NCBI GenBank assembly: GCA_016936615.1
Contig: JAFGXN010000131.1
Coordinates: forward strand, 1-60,169
Direction of reading: 5' to 3'
DNA: 60,169 bases
Source: Spirochaetales bacterium
GTDB lineage: Bacteria > Spirochaetota > Spirochaetia > JAFGXN01
In this document: piece by piece, positions 58,007 through 60,169 of the stretch
How positions within the stretch are numbered: the stretch's first letter is position 1
Layout of the letters: the number at the start of each line of letters is the position of its first letter
The notes under the pieces: model-generated
What the model was told of the DNA's origin: nothing
Database searches by the model: none
What the model saw: the letters and a program-made list of their open reading frames with translations, nothing else
Program-made: the position numbers and the translations under genes

Positions 58007-59335
58007 CTATTTTCTCTTCCTAACAGGAATTAAATTCTTAAAAAACGAACCAAGCCCGGACAGCAAATAGAAAGGCAAGGCAAAGGCAATAATCTGAACA
58101 TTATCCTGATCAACAACACCTACCAAGTTCAAGACTAAAGCAGATATTGCAGCTAGCGCAAAGGCTAAACTAAAAACAATCAAGAGAATCCTACCCTTCT
58201 TTGAACCAGCAGCATACATAATACTAAAAACAAAAAGTAGAATAACCCCAGGATTTATAAAAGCTATATTCATATTGTTATAAGTAACATCATGATCTGT
58301 AAAAGTCATCATGTAAAATAAAACAAACCCCATTATAAACAAGAAAAAATAGAATAAGGCATAATACAATCCACCAACAACCCGAAAGAACTTCATCTTA
58401 TTGCCTTTTGACAAGAGAAAAGCCCCAAGGAAGCCAAAACCCAGCCCGGCAAGAAGAGAAAGAATCCAGGAATTAGCTCGTCTATCTTTGTCAAGAAAAG
58501 GAACCGCCTCTGGCAAAGCCTTAGGAATCACTGTCTTGACAAGCTTTCTATTCACGCCATTCTTATCAGTATATTTAAAATCTGCTATAAAATCCTTAAT
58601 CTCAGCTGGAAGATACATCTCTTCCCAGACAGTCACAGGTCTATCTATAACACCACCCTGCAAGAAATTAAGCATAAAATCCACAAGATATGAGCCTCTC
58701 ATAGATCTCCGAGCATGATCTCTGATTGTCATCCGAGCAGGAATTGCCTTAGCAGTAGAAGCAAGCTGACCACCAGTTGCGACATCTATAATATCTCTAA
58801 GAATTGTTGCACAATTGTTGTTATAATGGTGATACAGATAGATATGATTCTCAGGCTCTGCATTCATCTCCAAGAACTTAGCAATCTGCCACTTCACCTC
58901 AGGAAGAAAATCCAACTCCTGAAGAACAATCGAACGATTCGCATGAACATATGCAGTCTGATGGTATTTTGCATTACTAGAACCAACTAAGAAGTTGAGC
59001 CTGCCCTGTATAAAATTCTTAGCAAAATCCTCATCCCCCATGGAAAATATCCCATAGTCATATGAGGTAGAACCCAACCATCTTGGATTAGCTCTATCCG
59101 AGAGATCATATCTCTCCACCACTATAGCAGCATGCCCCCACCAACTGTAGAGATTCTTAACCCCAACATCAGGACTTGCAGAGAAGTAATAAATTTTCAA
59201 ACCCTCTCCAGTCTTTGCAGCCCCAGCTTCGAGAGCAGGCCAATTATCATACGGATTAAAATTAGTAACAACATCCTCTGCAGAGACTAACCCTGCAATC
59301 AAAATAAAAAATGTCAAAAATAGATTTTTTCTCAT
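58007..59335 (-). CDS. DUF4105 / Lnb-like membrane protein
   Basis: Signal peptide; LYSWWGHAAI, YDYGIF, NR....QEL, YLYHHYNNNCAT..RD; about 4 C-terminal TM helices, TDH..TYNN. Confidence 0.78.
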   Translation of the reverse strand: MRKNLFLTFFILIAGLVSAEDVVTNFNPYDNWPALEAGAAKTGEGLKIYYFSASPDVGVKNLYSWWGHAAIVVERYDLSDRANPRWLGSTSYDYGIFSMGDEDFAKNFIQGRLNFLVGSSNAKYHQTAYVHANRSIVLQELDFLPEVKWQIAKFLEMNAEPENHIYLYHHYNNNCATILRDIIDVATGGQLASTAKAIPARMTIRDHARRSMRGSYLVDFMLNFLQGGVIDRPVTVWEEMYLPAEIKDFIADFKYTDKNGVNRKLVKTVIPKALPEAVPFLDKDRRANSWILSLLAGLGFGFLGAFLLSKGNKMKFFRVVGGLYYALFYFFLFIMGFVLFYMMTFTDHDVTYNNMNIAFINPGVILLFVFSIMYAAGSKKGRILLIVFSLAFALAAISALVLNLVGVVDQDNVQIIAFALPFYLLSGLGSFFKNLIPVRKRK

Positions 59336-59490
59336 AATACTTCCTTGATTTTATAAAATTATACAGTTAAATGCATTTTTTTTCTATAAAAGAAGTTAAA
59401 AAAGCAACGTAAATTCTTTTTTTTAAAATAATATTTTACGATTTGCCTCATCTATTATATAATATCAATAAGCAAAATAGGAGATATTAC

Positions 59491-60169
59491 ATGTACAAAA
59501 TTATCGGAGAGAACAACAAAGTAAATTACGGATGCATCGATGAGCCAATCGAATGGAATTACAAAGACTTCAAGCTTCTTAATTTTTTTAATAAAGAGGT
59601 AAAAGGGCTAAAAAAGAAATTTGCCTACCACAAGTTCAACTACATAGGGGTTAGCTCAGATAAATACACATTTGGATTTGCAGCTGTTGACCTAGGCTAT
59701 GTCTACAACGTATTTGCCTTTCTCTACGAAGAAGGCAAAGGAATGCTCTTCTCATACGACAAGAAAGGTGCATTTCGCAAGAACAAATTTTCATTTCCTG
59801 ACAATCCAGACGAATATTTAATCGATTTTAAAACAAAAAAAGATGAATTAATCTTGATGAAATCTCACAAGAATAAAAAATTCGAGATTAAAGGCAATTT
59901 TGGAAAAAAATTCATATTTGAGGCAGATTTTAATTTTTCAATAGAAGAACACCACCCGCTACGAGTGCTAAACCCTTCTATCCCTACACGATGGACCTAC
60001 ACCGAAAAGTGTTCTCCACTTCGACCAAACAACATTGCAGTATACTTTGACGGAGAACAACTTGATATGCCAGCCTACAAGACAGTAGCAATCTACGACT
60101 GGTCAGGCGGTTACCTCAGACGTGAGACTAACTGGTACTGGGCAAGTATGGGTGGGATACTCGAAGACG
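59491..60169 (+). CDS. DUF2804-like protein, truncated by the window edge (absent from ORF track)
   Basis: ATG 59491 with AGGAG and TTTACG-N17-TATAAT upstream; open to the edge; DLGYV, WTYTEK, DWSGGYLRRETNWYWAS motifs. Confidence 0.78.
   Translation, partial: MYKIIGENNKVNYGCIDEPIEWNYKDFKLLNFFNKEVKGLKKKFAYHKFNYIGVSSDKYTFGFAAVDLGYVYNVFAFLYEEGKGMLFSYDKKGAFRKNKFSFPDNPDEYLIDFKTKKDELILMKSHKNKKFEIKGNFGKKFIFEADFNFSIEEHHPLRVLNPSIPTRWTYTEKCSPLRPNNIAVYFDGEQLDMPAYKTVAIYDWSGGYLRRETNWYWASMGGILED

Overview
AT-rich bacterial chromosome segment that looks spirochaetal (stand-alone spirochaete-type EF-G, DUF2259, FlgD-Ig/OmpA protein, many spirochaete-style lipoproteins, archaeal/eukaryote-type ProRS). It holds about 45 CDSs. 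I saw no rRNA, tRNA, CRISPR array or intact transposase. Housekeeping genes (malQ, carD-ispF, fusA, lspA, DEAD-box helicase, proS, lgt, ctpA-rsmE-tagA-like, PNP, pheST) are interleaved with three accessory blocks. (1) 9.5-16.8 kb is the most interesting: a TetR-associated operon of alanine dehydrogenase, two tandem-SCP2-like proteins, a FumI-like class III aminotransferase, a split transketolase whose acceptor-hydroxyl-binding Asp is replaced by Ala, and a VOC metalloprotein. I infer an apparently undescribed transaminase/transketolase route for long-chain 2-amino-1,3-diols (sphingoid bases). (2) 22-34 kb is a cluster of surface lipoproteins: an M16 peptidase, FN3-repeat lipoproteins with a tandem duplicate, and a beta-barrel. 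(3) 46-51.4 kb holds a HAD phosphatase, a 450-bp inverted-repeat element and a TetR plus ABC half-transporter pair. A dispersed palindromic REP-like repeat family and several promoters positioned for leaderless translation are also visible. Two edge-truncated genes are missing from the ORF track: a GH2 beta-galactosidase-like lipoprotein and a DUF2804 protein. All family calls come from motif recognition by eye; no database search was run.
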